Positions 1 through 8,577 of a DNA stretch of 64,000 nt are shown one piece after another (the first letter of the stretch is position 1; the number at the start of each line of letters is the position of its first letter). The position numbers and the translations under genes were made by a program. Source of the DNA: a virus (taxonomy: Duplodnaviria; Caudoviricetes); IMG/VR virus record IMGVR_UViG_2660237942_000001, positions 7,301-71,300 of that record; one strand, 5' to 3'. The notes under the pieces were generated by a model. The model was given only the letters and a program-made list of their open reading frames with translations. It was not told the DNA's origin and made no database searches.

Positions 1-628
1 ACCCTTGAATTTCACCTAAGCGCATTCCGGTGTAGATGGCTACCAGGATCATGAATGGGGACGTGTAATTTACATTCAAGTTGTTCAAAATGTAATCAGC
101 CATTTTGTTCATATCCTCGATACTAAGATATTCAATTTTTTGGCTACGGTCCTTATTAAAAACGACTTCTACATTTTTGGTGAAGTCTTTTTTTATGTCA
201 TTATCATAGACGGCATTATCAATACAAGAACGGACCAAACTATTCAGTTTAGTCATGGTTGACTTAGCGTGGTTTTTACCATAATCATTTAAGAATTCTT
301 GATACTTTTTCCGGGTTATTTTGTCCACAGGAATATTTTTAAAGTATTCTTCGAGAATCCTGTAAGTGTGTTTATAAGTTGTATAGGTTCTTGAGTTAAC
401 GTTTTTTTCTTTAAAAAGTTCAAACCAATTCCAAAAGTATTCAGGGAATGGGGTGGACTTAGTAATGAGTTCATCGTTATTAACGTCTCGCTGCATGTCT
501 GTTCCATAAATTTCAGCTTCTTTTTTTGTGTTAAATCCACCTTTAGTTTTAGTACGCCAATCGCCATTTTTATCTTTATAAGAAACTCTGACTTGCCACT
601 TTTTACCACGTTTAGTTATTGATGCCAT
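1..628 (-). CDS. int: Tyrosine integrase, N-terminal part (runs off the window)
   Basis: Manual translation from ATG 628 (SD GGAGA): MASITKRGKKWQVRVSYKDKNGDWRTKTKGGFNTKKEA... arm-binding domain followed by a SAM-like domain; not in the ORF track because it has no stop in the window. Confidence 0.9.
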   Translation of the reverse strand, partial: MASITKRGKKWQVRVSYKDKNGDWRTKTKGGFNTKKEAEIYGTDMQRDVNNDELITKSTPFPEYFWNWFELFKEKNVNSRTYTTYKHTYRILEEYFKNIPVDKITRKKYQEFLNDYGKNHAKSTMTKLNSLVRSCIDNAVYDNDIKKDFTKNVEVVFNKDRSQKIEYLSIEDMNKMADYILNNLNVNYTSPFMILVAIYTGMRLGEIQG

Positions 629-729
629 ACTATTATCTCCAATCGTTAAGTTTTAGGGTTGAAATTAACGCTCATTTGGGGCACATATGTTCTTTTGGGT
701 TTAAAAATAAAACCCCAATAAGGGGGTTA

Positions 730-1191
730 TTAAAACAACGCGATTATTGAAATTATCATGGATACTGTTCCGATAAAAATGGTTCCCCACAAATACCTTC
801 GAGTCTCTTTTTGTTCTTTATCGCGTTCCTGATTATTTTTCATAACAATATTTTCAATTTTTTCTGGTAAAGAATCGAATTTATCATTAATATTATCGAA
901 TCTAGCGTCGATTTTGTTGAAACGACTGTTCATCTTAATTTCTAGTTCATTAATTTTTGAATTGGTTTCAGTAAATTGGTTTTTAACTTTTAAATCTTGT
1001 TTTTCTAATTCACTTTGAAGTTCTCTATGTGTTACATAATCTTCCATATTTCCGCCTCCATTGCCATTATTGTATTTTTCTTCATTATCAATGGTTTGGG
1101 TATAATGGTCAACAGTTGGAAGAGGGGAGGTTTTAAATTTATCATCTGAAACTATATGTAAACCATTGGGATTGTCCATTTTACTTACCAT
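730..1191 (-). CDS. Coiled-coil protein with C-terminal transmembrane helix
   Basis: Heptad-like core; hydrophobic C-terminus LWGTIFIGTVSMIISIIALF. Confidence 0.7.
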   Translation of the reverse strand: MVSKMDNPNGLHIVSDDKFKTSPLPTVDHYTQTIDNEEKYNNGNGGGNMEDYVTHRELQSELEKQDLKVKNQFTETNSKINELEIKMNSRFNKIDARFDNINDKFDSLPEKIENIVMKNNQERDKEQKETRRYLWGTIFIGTVSMIISIIALF

Positions 1192-1672
1192 CCTCTAGTT
1201 TTATTTTCACTAAGAAATCAAAAGAAAAGAAATTATCAGTAGTCAAATTGTTATTTATTTCTATTGAGCATTCAATATTAAAATAATAATTCACTAATGG
1301 TTTGGATAAATCAAAAGAATATATAATATTATCTCTAAATGGATTAAGTTCCACTGTAAATTTAACAGGCTCCGAAAATTGAGGCATTTCAGAAATTAGT
1401 GCTTCTTTTTTGTCCAATGGATAACTCTTATACTTATATTCATCATTGGATGTAGAAACATTTTGAATTAAATTTAGTTGTACGAACAATTTATTGTCTT
1501 TTCCAAAAATCAGTTCCTTATCGCCAATGTATATATTTTGTAAGTTTGAAGTTAAAATTCCTGAAAAGGTAAGACGATCATTTTTATTGTCTATAGTAAT
1601 GGGATGGAAATTATCAGGATTTAGATCATTAATCGTTAGTGCATTTATGAAAAAGGATTTTATTGGGAACAA
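1181..1672 (-). CDS. Hypothetical protein, coupled to 730-1191
   Basis: 163-aa ORF overlapping the next gene by 11 nt. Confidence 0.65.
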   Translation of the reverse strand: MFPIKSFFINALTINDLNPDNFHPITIDNKNDRLTFSGILTSNLQNIYIGDKELIFGKDNKLFVQLNLIQNVSTSNDEYKYKSYPLDKKEALISEMPQFSEPVKFTVELNPFRDNIIYSFDLSKPLVNYYFNIECSIEINNNLTTDNFFSFDFLVKIKLEDGK

Positions 1673-1701
1673 ATTGCCACTTCCTGACTATCATATTTTA
1701 A

Positions 1702-1749
1702 TTCCCGCCAGCAGAATCGAACTGCTGCCAGTCACCAGAGCGGGGGGAA
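1702..1749 (-). ncRNA. tRNA-like mini-element (acceptor-like stem plus T-arm)
   Basis: Minus strand: CCCGC-tctggtgactgg-CAGCAG TTCGATT CTGCTG-GCGGG. Confidence 0.6.
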
Positions 1750-1751
1750 GT

Positions 1752-2606
1752 TTAATATTCAAATTTCCATGAATGGTAGTTCTTACCGGTATTCTTATAA
1801 GTAAATCCTTTACCACTATCTAAGTACCATTCAGTATTTTTGTATACCTTAGTGCCGTGTTTTAAAACAACGTTTTTATCTGTTGGTTTAAACTTAGAAA
1901 AAATGCCATCGCTTCCACTACGAGACGCATTATATGGTCTAATATCATGCAGGGAATCATTTAAGTAATATGTTTTGCCATCTACTTTAACGAGGATAAC
2001 ATCGTATGGAGAATCAGCAGAAGGCCACTTAGCATAAACTTTTTTCTTGTAATTAGTTAATTTATAGTCAGGTTCTTCCAAACTATCCTTGGCGTCGTTG
2101 AAATTCTTATATAGATCAGCTTCATCAGTGTACATATCTAGGTAAGCTCTGCGCCAGGCATTATAGAAAAAGTCGTCACTGTCAGCAACGGTATAGCCTT
2201 TAAGTGGTTTAGGCTTTACATATTTTTTCCAATAAGTTACCTCACCCATTATTTTATAGTTAACTAAATAGGTTTTTCCGTTTTTATGTTTCATTTTCCA
2301 CATGCGGCTACTTTGAAATCCATATTTAGCTAAAGCATTAAAAGTGTAGGTTGCTTTCGTTACCTTAGAAAAGGCTAGCTTCTTCCATCCAGACCAGCTA
2401 CTTTTGTAAAAAGTTTTTCCATTATAGGAAACTGAGTATGTATTAACCTTCATCTCACTCCCATTTGGAGCATAGTAAGTTCCTCTCCAACTTTTAGGAG
2501 TGTAATAATGAATTGTTTTTGCGTTTGCTGTTAAATTCGAAATAGCCATAAAACCGCAGAATGACAGCGCAGAAATCCCGGTAATTACTAAGTGTTTTAA
2601 CTTCAT
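1752..2606 (-). CDS. Secreted/surface basic protein (lysogenic conversion moron)
   Basis: ATG 2606 with GGAGG SD; signal peptide MKLKHLVITGISALSFCGFMAISNLTANA; K/Y/W-rich. Confidence 0.75.
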   Translation of the reverse strand: MKLKHLVITGISALSFCGFMAISNLTANAKTIHYYTPKSWRGTYYAPNGSEMKVNTYSVSYNGKTFYKSSWSGWKKLAFSKVTKATYTFNALAKYGFQSSRMWKMKHKNGKTYLVNYKIMGEVTYWKKYVKPKPLKGYTVADSDDFFYNAWRRAYLDMYTDEADLYKNFNDAKDSLEEPDYKLTNYKKKVYAKWPSADSPYDVILVKVDGKTYYLNDSLHDIRPYNASRSGSDGIFSKFKPTDKNVVLKHGTKVYKNTEWYLDSGKGFTYKNTGKNYHSWKFEY

Positions 2607-2704
2607 GGTAAATCCTCCAATGTTCCGGCCCCTCAACCGGATATGTAGTCAGCTTTTAAAGTCATCAGAATTTGGACAGCAAATTTATCAGCTTTCACTA
2701 GAGA

Positions 2705-3136
2705 TTAACTTATTAAATCTACAAATTTCCAAATACAAAATGCAAATAGTATAAGCATCAAAAAAGAAAATTTAGTAGAAAACATTATAGTAATAATTGC
2801 TCCGGCACAAATAGCCCAAAACCAAGGATGTCCATTTTTTTGTGGTACAGATTCTTGTTCATTGTTTGCCTTATCAATTTTAATTTCGTTTTCTGAATTA
2901 TTTTTTATACTTTTTGATGTTGCTTTTTCATTCTCTCCAAATCTAGGTGCAGGAGTTTGCACAGTTGTTTGTTTGTAAACCTTGTTGTAAACAGACTTCT
3001 TGGGGTCGGTAATCATGCCGGTACCTTTTTTACCATAATAGGGGTTTACGCTTCTCTTAAGTTCTCTTTTTAATTTGCCGGTAGTGCTTGCCTTAAATGA
3101 TTTCTTTAAGCTAGGCTTTCTATAACCAATTTTCAT
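2705..3136 (-). CDS. Conserved prophage membrane protein
   Basis: Basic N-terminus MKIGYRKPSLKKSFKA typical of Firmicute lysogeny modules; two C-terminal TM segments. Confidence 0.7.
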   Translation of the reverse strand: MKIGYRKPSLKKSFKASTTGKLKRELKRSVNPYYGKKGTGMITDPKKSVYNKVYKQTTVQTPAPRFGENEKATSKSIKNNSENEIKIDKANNEQESVPQKNGHPWFWAICAGAIITIMFSTKFSFLMLILFAFCIWKFVDLIS

Positions 3137-3179
3137 TCAATTACCACCTTTACTAAATAAAAAACCGATAAACAGGTTT

Positions 3180-3587
3180 TTATTCTTCGGGATATCCGTA
3201 AGCATGAACTAAGTCACTTCGATATTCTGGACCAACACCATTTTCTTCTACATATAGTAAGGCAAGTAGGCCGCTAGCAAACTCACTAGCTTGTAGCTCT
3301 AGCGGACCATAGCTCAACCTTCCTGTATAGTAGCCGTTCAAATCAGCATGCATAACTACATGGCCAATTTCATGGGCTAGGGTGAAATATCTTTGTGGTT
3401 TATATTTTAACGACTTGTTAAGCATAACAACGGGGGCGTGTTCATCATAGAATGTTTTTCCAAACGGACGCTCTCCAAAGTTAACCCAACGTACATCAAT
3501 ATTTAATTTTTCAGCAATGACGAAGGGGTCTGCGGTTCCATACCGCCTTATCATTGTTTTTATTGTGTTCTTAATTAAATCATGCAT
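3180..3587 (-). CDS. ImmA/IrrE-family metallopeptidase
   Basis: FTLAHEIGH HExxH motif; directly downstream of the repressor. Confidence 0.9.
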   Translation of the reverse strand: MHDLIKNTIKTMIRRYGTADPFVIAEKLNIDVRWVNFGERPFGKTFYDEHAPVVMLNKSLKYKPQRYFTLAHEIGHVVMHADLNGYYTGRLSYGPLELQASEFASGLLALLYVEENGVGPEYRSDLVHAYGYPEE

Positions 3588-3603
3588 TCATTAATAACCG
3601 TCC

Positions 3604-3996
3604 CTAATTGTGTTTATGACGATCCCAGAAAATACCAATCATGGCTCCTCGTACTTTAGCTTTTTCTTCCTCGGTTAAATCTTCACCGCCATATGTCATG
3701 GAATCAAGATTTTCATCTAAGAACTTTTCTAGGTCGATTTTATCTTCTTCATTAGCCCAACTAGGAGTAGGTGGATCATATGGATTAACATCATTTTTAC
3801 TTAATTCATCAATACTTACGTTAAATACTCTACTAAAATTGGCTAAATCTTCTGCGCTTGCAGATGTATATCCTCGTTCGATATTAGAAATCACTTGAGG
3901 CGTTAAATGAACTAAATCACCTAATTGTTTTTGGGTAAGGTGTTTATCTTTTCTTAATTGTTTTATTTTATTTCCTACGTTATTCATGCTTAGCAC
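3604..3996 (-). CDS. CI/ImmR-like XRE repressor
   Basis: HTH IKQLRKDKHLTQKQLGDLVHLTPQVISNIERG; divergent from cro. Confidence 0.9.
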   Translation of the reverse strand: MLSMNNVGNKIKQLRKDKHLTQKQLGDLVHLTPQVISNIERGYTSASAEDLANFSRVFNVSIDELSKNDVNPYDPPTPSWANEEDKIDLEKFLDENLDSMTYGGEDLTEEEKAKVRGAMIGIFWDRHKHN

Positions 3997-4024
3997 CCCT
4001 TATGTATTTGTATTATAAACTAAA

Positions 4025-4097
4025 TAACGGATTTCGTGATAAAAATAACGGAATTATGGAATTTTTTATTGACAATAACGTAATCCGTTAGTATACT
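4025..4097. promoter_or_regulatory. Lysis/lysogeny switch: PR (TTGACA 4069-74, TATACT 4092-97) and three 15-bp operators
   Basis: TAACGGATTTCGTGA 4025, TAACGGAATTATGGA 4046, TAACGTAATCCGTTA 4076; 17-bp promoter spacing. Confidence 0.8.
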
Positions 4098-4127
4098 TGT
4101 ATTTGTAATCAAGTAGGAGGTGATAGA

Positions 4128-4373
4128 TTGCAAGTTCAAAAGAATATCGCCAAGATTAGAGAAGCTAAAGGCGTTAAACAGAGTGCAGTTGCTTCTTTTC
4201 TTGGTTACAGTAGTCAAAAATATCATCGTATTGAAAAAATAAATAAGACAATATCTACTGATGATTTAAACAATATTGCTTTGTTTTTAGGAGTAGATAT
4301 TAATGTTTTTTTTGATGATAAACTAACGGATTCCGTTATTAAAAATGTGGGTAAAGAGAAACAACCCAGCTAG
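4128..4373 (+). CDS. Cro-like XRE regulator
   Basis: HTH IREAKGVKQSAVASFLGYSSQKYHRIE; first gene after PR. Confidence 0.85.
   Translation: MQVQKNIAKIREAKGVKQSAVASFLGYSSQKYHRIEKINKTISTDDLNNIALFLGVDINVFFDDKLTDSVIKNVGKEKQPS
4324..4338. promoter_or_regulatory. Fourth, near-perfect operator inside cro
   Basis: TAACGGATTCCGTTA. Confidence 0.65.
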
Positions 4374-4384
4374 GAGGCAAGAAA

Positions 4385-4684
4385 ATGAAGAACTATGTTT
4401 TAGCACCAAAACCAGTATCAACAAGTATTACCCGAGACAAGTTTATCGAAGATCTTGAAGATCAAATTAGTCCTTTCTGGGATGGCTATACTGTGCTGTT
4501 TTTTATGCAGAAAGAAGGATTCTTGATCAAGGACAATTCATCTTACTGGTTTTACTGTCCTACTCAGAAAGCCCAAGAATTGGGGTTGCTAGAAATCGAT
4601 GACAGTCAGGGCTTAATGTTCACCCCAAAAGGTCAGAAGTACTTCATGGATTACTTCGTTAGTAAGTCCTCACCAATTATGTAG
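4385..4684 (+). CDS. Antirepressor KilAC-like domain protein
   Basis: PTQKAQELGLLEI...FTPKGQKYF resembles the ANT/KilAC C-terminal domain. Confidence 0.7.
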   Translation: MKNYVLAPKPVSTSITRDKFIEDLEDQISPFWDGYTVLFFMQKEGFLIKDNSSYWFYCPTQKAQELGLLEIDDSQGLMFTPKGQKYFMDYFVSKSSPIM

Positions 4685-4699
4685 AAAGGAGGTGCTTAC

Positions 4700-4819
4700 A
4701 TGCGATCTCGTAAAGAAAATATTCAGTTTATCAAAGCTAGCGATCCAACTACTAGCGATGCTGTTTTAAATTTTTTAAGTGATGAGCAAATCAGCAATTT
4801 AGCTGAAATTACTAAGTAA
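4700..4819 (+). CDS. Small protein (BH0509-like)
   Basis: AGGAGGT SD; MRSRKENIQFIKASDPTTSDAVLNFLSDEQISNLAEITK. Confidence 0.6.
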   Translation: MRSRKENIQFIKASDPTTSDAVLNFLSDEQISNLAEITK

Positions 4820-4926
4820 GAGCTTGGTAATGAAATAGCCGAAGCTGCCTTTGCTTACTAACTTAATTATCAATCTTCAAACCGTTAAATTAAACAAACT
4901 AATTTAACAAAAGGAGGTGATTAACG

Positions 4927-5445
4927 TTGGAAAACGGAAGGAAACGATTAGCTGATCAGTTAGCTTTGGCTTTAAGTAAATTGCCTGAGGGTATCCGTAG
5001 GAAAGATGTAGCGGATAAGGCGCATTCGACACAAGCAGCGCTTAGTCAGTGGGCAAGTGGTAAACGTAGCGTAGATCCTCATGCTATTAGATTAATTGCA
5101 CAATACTTACACAATCCAAAGTTGATTTACTCAGCTTCTCGTCAGGAATTTGAAACATTATCTTTCAAAGACGATGGCAAGGTAAAAGACGACCTCTTCG
5201 CCGCAACAATCGATCAACAGCAGCAAGAAAAAGAACGTATCGAAATTCAAGCAGCTGCGTTTGCTAGTGCGATTAAGCCTGACAGGCAAAAGACGTCCAA
5301 AGATTGGGAAAACATCAATCGTATGAACAAAGAGTTTCCAGAGGAGATTAGCTCAGAGCTAACAATGTGGTTTAGCTGGTGTGTTTACAATCACGAAGAC
5401 CCAATGGAACTTATTAAAAAAGTTAACGAAAAGATTGGAGGTTAA
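4927..5445 (+). CDS. XRE-HTH phage regulatory protein
   Basis: RRKDVADKAHSTQAALSQWASG HTH; strong SD. Confidence 0.7.
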   Translation: MENGRKRLADQLALALSKLPEGIRRKDVADKAHSTQAALSQWASGKRSVDPHAIRLIAQYLHNPKLIYSASRQEFETLSFKDDGKVKDDLFAATIDQQQQEKERIEIQAAAFASAIKPDRQKTSKDWENINRMNKEFPEEISSELTMWFSWCVYNHEDPMELIKKVNEKIGG

Positions 5446-5448
5446 AAA

Positions 5449-5781
5449 ATGCCGCAAGTTTTAAACGTAACTATGCCGGTTCAAATACCAGATGACTACA
5501 AGCTTATTGAGAAATCAGAATATGACGATTTAAAAGCTAATGAAGTTCAAGGGAAGTTATGGACCAAAGATGATTTACGCAATTTGCTAGGTGGACGGTC
5601 ATTCGATTGGATTAAAGAGCGAGTTCTATATAATCCTCGACTATCAAAGGACTATGAAGAAATGAAGCGAAATAAATTCATCATCGAGGCTAAAGGTAAA
5701 GGCGGCCGCTGGTTGTTTAAAGCTAGTGAAATGAAGAACTTCATTGACCGCAACTGGAATTTAATTAATTGGGAGGCGTAA
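5449..5781 (+). CDS. DUF771-like / excisionase-type DNA-binding protein
   Basis: WTKDDLRNLLGGRSFDWIKE...GRWLFKASEM. Confidence 0.65.
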   Translation: MPQVLNVTMPVQIPDDYKLIEKSEYDDLKANEVQGKLWTKDDLRNLLGGRSFDWIKERVLYNPRLSKDYEEMKRNKFIIEAKGKGGRWLFKASEMKNFIDRNWNLINWEA

Positions 5782-5783
5782 GT

Positions 5784-5918
5784 ATGTATACATTTTTAGG
5801 AGAATTATGTTTGTTTTTGTTCAAGGCATTCATTGCAGTAGCGATTGGATGGGGACTTCATAAGTATGTATCTCAATACAGTAGTTGGAGGGAATTATTC
5901 AATGACACCTTTAAATAA
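5784..5918 (+). CDS. Small membrane protein (44 aa)
   Basis: GGAGG SD; MYTFLGELCLFLFKAFIAVAIGWGLHKY... Confidence 0.55.
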   Translation: MYTFLGELCLFLFKAFIAVAIGWGLHKYVSQYSSWRELFNDTFK

Positions 5919-6200
5919 AAGCGCAAAAAAATACACCAACCGGGTGCAACCGATCGGTGTAGTCAATAACTTTTATAAAAATATTATTACAGTTAATTCT
6001 AAGCCAAAATTAACGATTTGGCAACGGCTAGGGGGTCTGATTCATGGTTAATTCAGGCCACTACAACGAACGTGTTAAACAACTTGATAATAAAATTCAA
6101 AAAGCTTTTGCCAAAGGTAGTCCAGATGGATACATCGCTGGACTTATGAATCGAAGGAATGTCTGGAAAATCCAGTTAGCAAAAATGGAGGCAATGAAAA

Positions 6201-6734
6201 ATGGACGAAGTTAAAGAACGCTTTTTTATAAAAAATGATGATGAAGCTGATTGGGCGTTTGAAAAGTTAGCAGAGTATAAACACCAATCCGAACAGTTAG
6301 AAAGTCGACGAGACGAATTTGTTGCTAAATATCAACAAAAAATTGATGACTGGTACAACCCACAAAGCACTAGCGTTCAAGATCAAATTAATTATTTTCA
6401 AGGCTTGATTGAAGAATATCGGTTAACTAAGCCAGACGGTAAGGTCAATGTTCCGTCAGGTAAAACGTCCGTTAGAACTACTAAAAAGTTCATTAAAGAC
6501 GAGAATGCGTTGCTAGCTTATGTTGAATCCAATCACCCAGAATTTATTGAGAACACTTCGAAAGTTAAATGGGGCGATTTTAAAAAGACGCTTAAGCCAG
6601 TAAATGGTAAGGCAGTTGATGAAAATGGTGAAATCGTTGAGGGGATCACTACTCAAGAAGAAACCAAAGTGACTTATAAACCTAATATGACAGTGATTGG
6701 ATTACCAGAAAGCGAGGTAAGTGATGAAAACTAG
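6201..6734 (+). CDS. Gam-like host-nuclease inhibitor
   Basis: FFIKNDDEADWAFEKL...KVNVPSGKTSVR...KVKWGDFKK; precedes the recombinase. Confidence 0.7.
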   Translation: MDEVKERFFIKNDDEADWAFEKLAEYKHQSEQLESRRDEFVAKYQQKIDDWYNPQSTSVQDQINYFQGLIEEYRLTKPDGKVNVPSGKTSVRTTKKFIKDENALLAYVESNHPEFIENTSKVKWGDFKKTLKPVNGKAVDENGEIVEGITTQEETKVTYKPNMTVIGLPESEVSDEN

Positions 6735-7398
6735 TGAATCAATATCAAACATCGCAACAAAGTTAGCAACTTTTAGAACTAAAGTAGTTCAACCAACGAA
6801 AGATGCTGATAATCCTTTTTTTAAATCAAAATATGTACCATTGGAAAATGTTCAACAATCTATCGATGATGCGCTTCCGGAGGGCCTAACATACGTTCAG
6901 GAAGTTACATCAGATGGTCAAAATGTGGCCGTTTCTACTATCGTTTTAGACGCATCAGGTGAGTACATTCAATTTGAACCTTTCTCTATGAAAGCTAAAA
7001 AAGACACGCCATAAGACATGGGATCAGTTGAAACCTATGCTCGTCGATATAGTTTATCAGCGGTATTTGGAATTACTTCAGATCCCGACGATGACGGCAA
7101 TTTGGCATCAGGGCAAGGAACTAAAAAGCAGAATCCAAAGCCAAGTAATAATCATAAGTCTAATGATCCTCTGGCAGATGATTCTATTCGATCCGAAATA
7201 ACCAGTGAAATTAAAACTTTATCGCTAGTAAACGGGCAAAGCGATAAAGAAAATAGTAAACGAATAATGCTACTTTTAGGAATTCCTACTTGGAAAGAAC
7301 TTACTATGCCACAAGCCGAAGCGATGAAAAAACAAATTAATAAGGAAGCAGCTCAAACTATGAAAGATGATATGGATAATTTGGAGGCAGCCGAATGA
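6724..7398 (+). pseudogene. ERF-family single-strand annealing protein interrupted by in-frame TAA (7012-7014)
   Basis: KDADNPFFKSKY and GSVETYARRYSLSAVFGI lie in one frame separated by DTP*DM. Confidence 0.85.
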
Positions 7399-7769
7399 GA
7401 CAAATAACAATTTCAGGAAATCTAGGAAAAGATCCACAAATTAATACCACTCAAAATGGAATGGAAGTAGCTAACTTTAGCGTTGCAGTTCGTAAGAGCC
7501 GTCCGGACGATGGAGGCAATTACGGTACCGATTGGTTCAGATGTTCTGTTTGGGGTAAAAGAGCCGCTACTATCGAACGCTTTTTCCATAAGGGTAGTCA
7601 TGTAACCGTGACGGGGACATTTGAACTCGATGAGTACGATGGTAACCCACAACTCAATGTAAACGTGACTGACTTTGATTTACCAGATAACAAAACTCAG
7701 GCAAGTGATAATCAATTTGACAATGGTGACGATTCAATCGACATCTCAGATGATGATTTGCCGTTTTAA
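7395..7769 (+). CDS. ssb: Single-stranded DNA-binding protein
   Basis: ISGNLGKDP...TDWFRCSVWGK; acidic tail DDDLPF. Confidence 0.95.
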   Translation: MRQITISGNLGKDPQINTTQNGMEVANFSVAVRKSRPDDGGNYGTDWFRCSVWGKRAATIERFFHKGSHVTVTGTFELDEYDGNPQLNVNVTDFDLPDNKTQASDNQFDNGDDSIDISDDDLPF

Positions 7770-7782
7770 AAGGAGGTAGCCC

Positions 7783-8577
7783 ATGAACAATGGTTGGGTG
7801 AAATTGCATCGTGATATTGTCCATACCAAGCTTTGGGCCAATCCTGATAAACTTCGATTTTATCTTTTGCTACTGATGAAAGCAGGGCATGCTCCAAGTA
7901 AGGTATACGGAGTTGATTTGAAACAAGGACAATTTTTAACAGGTAGAAATGCATTAAATTTAGAACTTAATGAGGGTCACCGTGCAAATTCAAAACACTT
8001 TGTATCAAGTTCCACTATGTATTCGTGGCTCAAGTGGTTAAAAGCTAACAACCTAATTGACATGCAATCGACGTCTGAATATACCGTCATCACTGTGTTT
8101 GAGGCTATTGATGATTCAGAAGCTGACAACCAACTTAACAACAGTTCAACAACGGTTCAACATCAACTTAACAGCAGTTCAACAACGGTTCAACACAAAC
8201 AAGAACTTAAAGAACTTAGAGAAGTTGAAGAATCTAAGAAAAAAGATATTGTCGAGCAGCCACCTGAACCTGATCCCGAAACTCAAAAGCGCAACGCTAT
8301 TACTCAACAAGTTATTGATTACCTGAATAAGCAAACCGGAAAAGGTTTTTCTGGAAAGTCCAAGGACGCCAGAAAGTTAATCAGCGGTCGCCTATCGGAA
8401 GGCCGAACCCTTGAGGACTTTAAGACGGTTATTGATAACAAGGTTGAGGATTGGCTTAACGATGATGAGATGGTCAAGTATTTACAGCCAAGCACACTGT
8501 TTAGACCTAGCAATTTTGAAAAGTATTTAAATCAAAAACCAGTTAACTCAACGGAGAAAGGATGGTTCGACCTATGA
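7783..8577 (+). CDS. Phage replication initiator
   Basis: MNNGWVKLHRDI N-terminus; C-terminal YLQPSTLFRPSNFEKYLNQ; internal iterons. Confidence 0.85.
   Translation: MNNGWVKLHRDIVHTKLWANPDKLRFYLLLLMKAGHAPSKVYGVDLKQGQFLTGRNALNLELNEGHRANSKHFVSSSTMYSWLKWLKANNLIDMQSTSEYTVITVFEAIDDSEADNQLNNSSTTVQHQLNSSSTTVQHKQELKELREVEESKKKDIVEQPPEPDPETQKRNAITQQVIDYLNKQTGKGFSGKSKDARKLISGRLSEGRTLEDFKTVIDNKVEDWLNDDEMVKYLQPSTLFRPSNFEKYLNQKPVNSTEKGWFDL
8131..8196 (+). repeat. Two 33-bp tandem repeats (putative ori iterons)
   Basis: CAACTTAACA(A/G)CAGTTCAACAACGGTTCAACA x2 within the initiator gene. Confidence 0.8.

Noticed and set aside
316-609. 97-aa minus-strand ORF in the track
   Set aside because: Alternative frame within the real integrase gene that starts at 628
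2640-2704. Hammerhead-like words GAAA and CTGATGA around a hairpin on the minus strand
   Set aside because: Stem III cannot form (only 5 nt between GAAA and the UH position) and stem II does not pair
5845-6051. 68-aa track ORF
   Set aside because: No SD; the overlapping 5784-5918 ORF has a GGAGG SD and a TM helix
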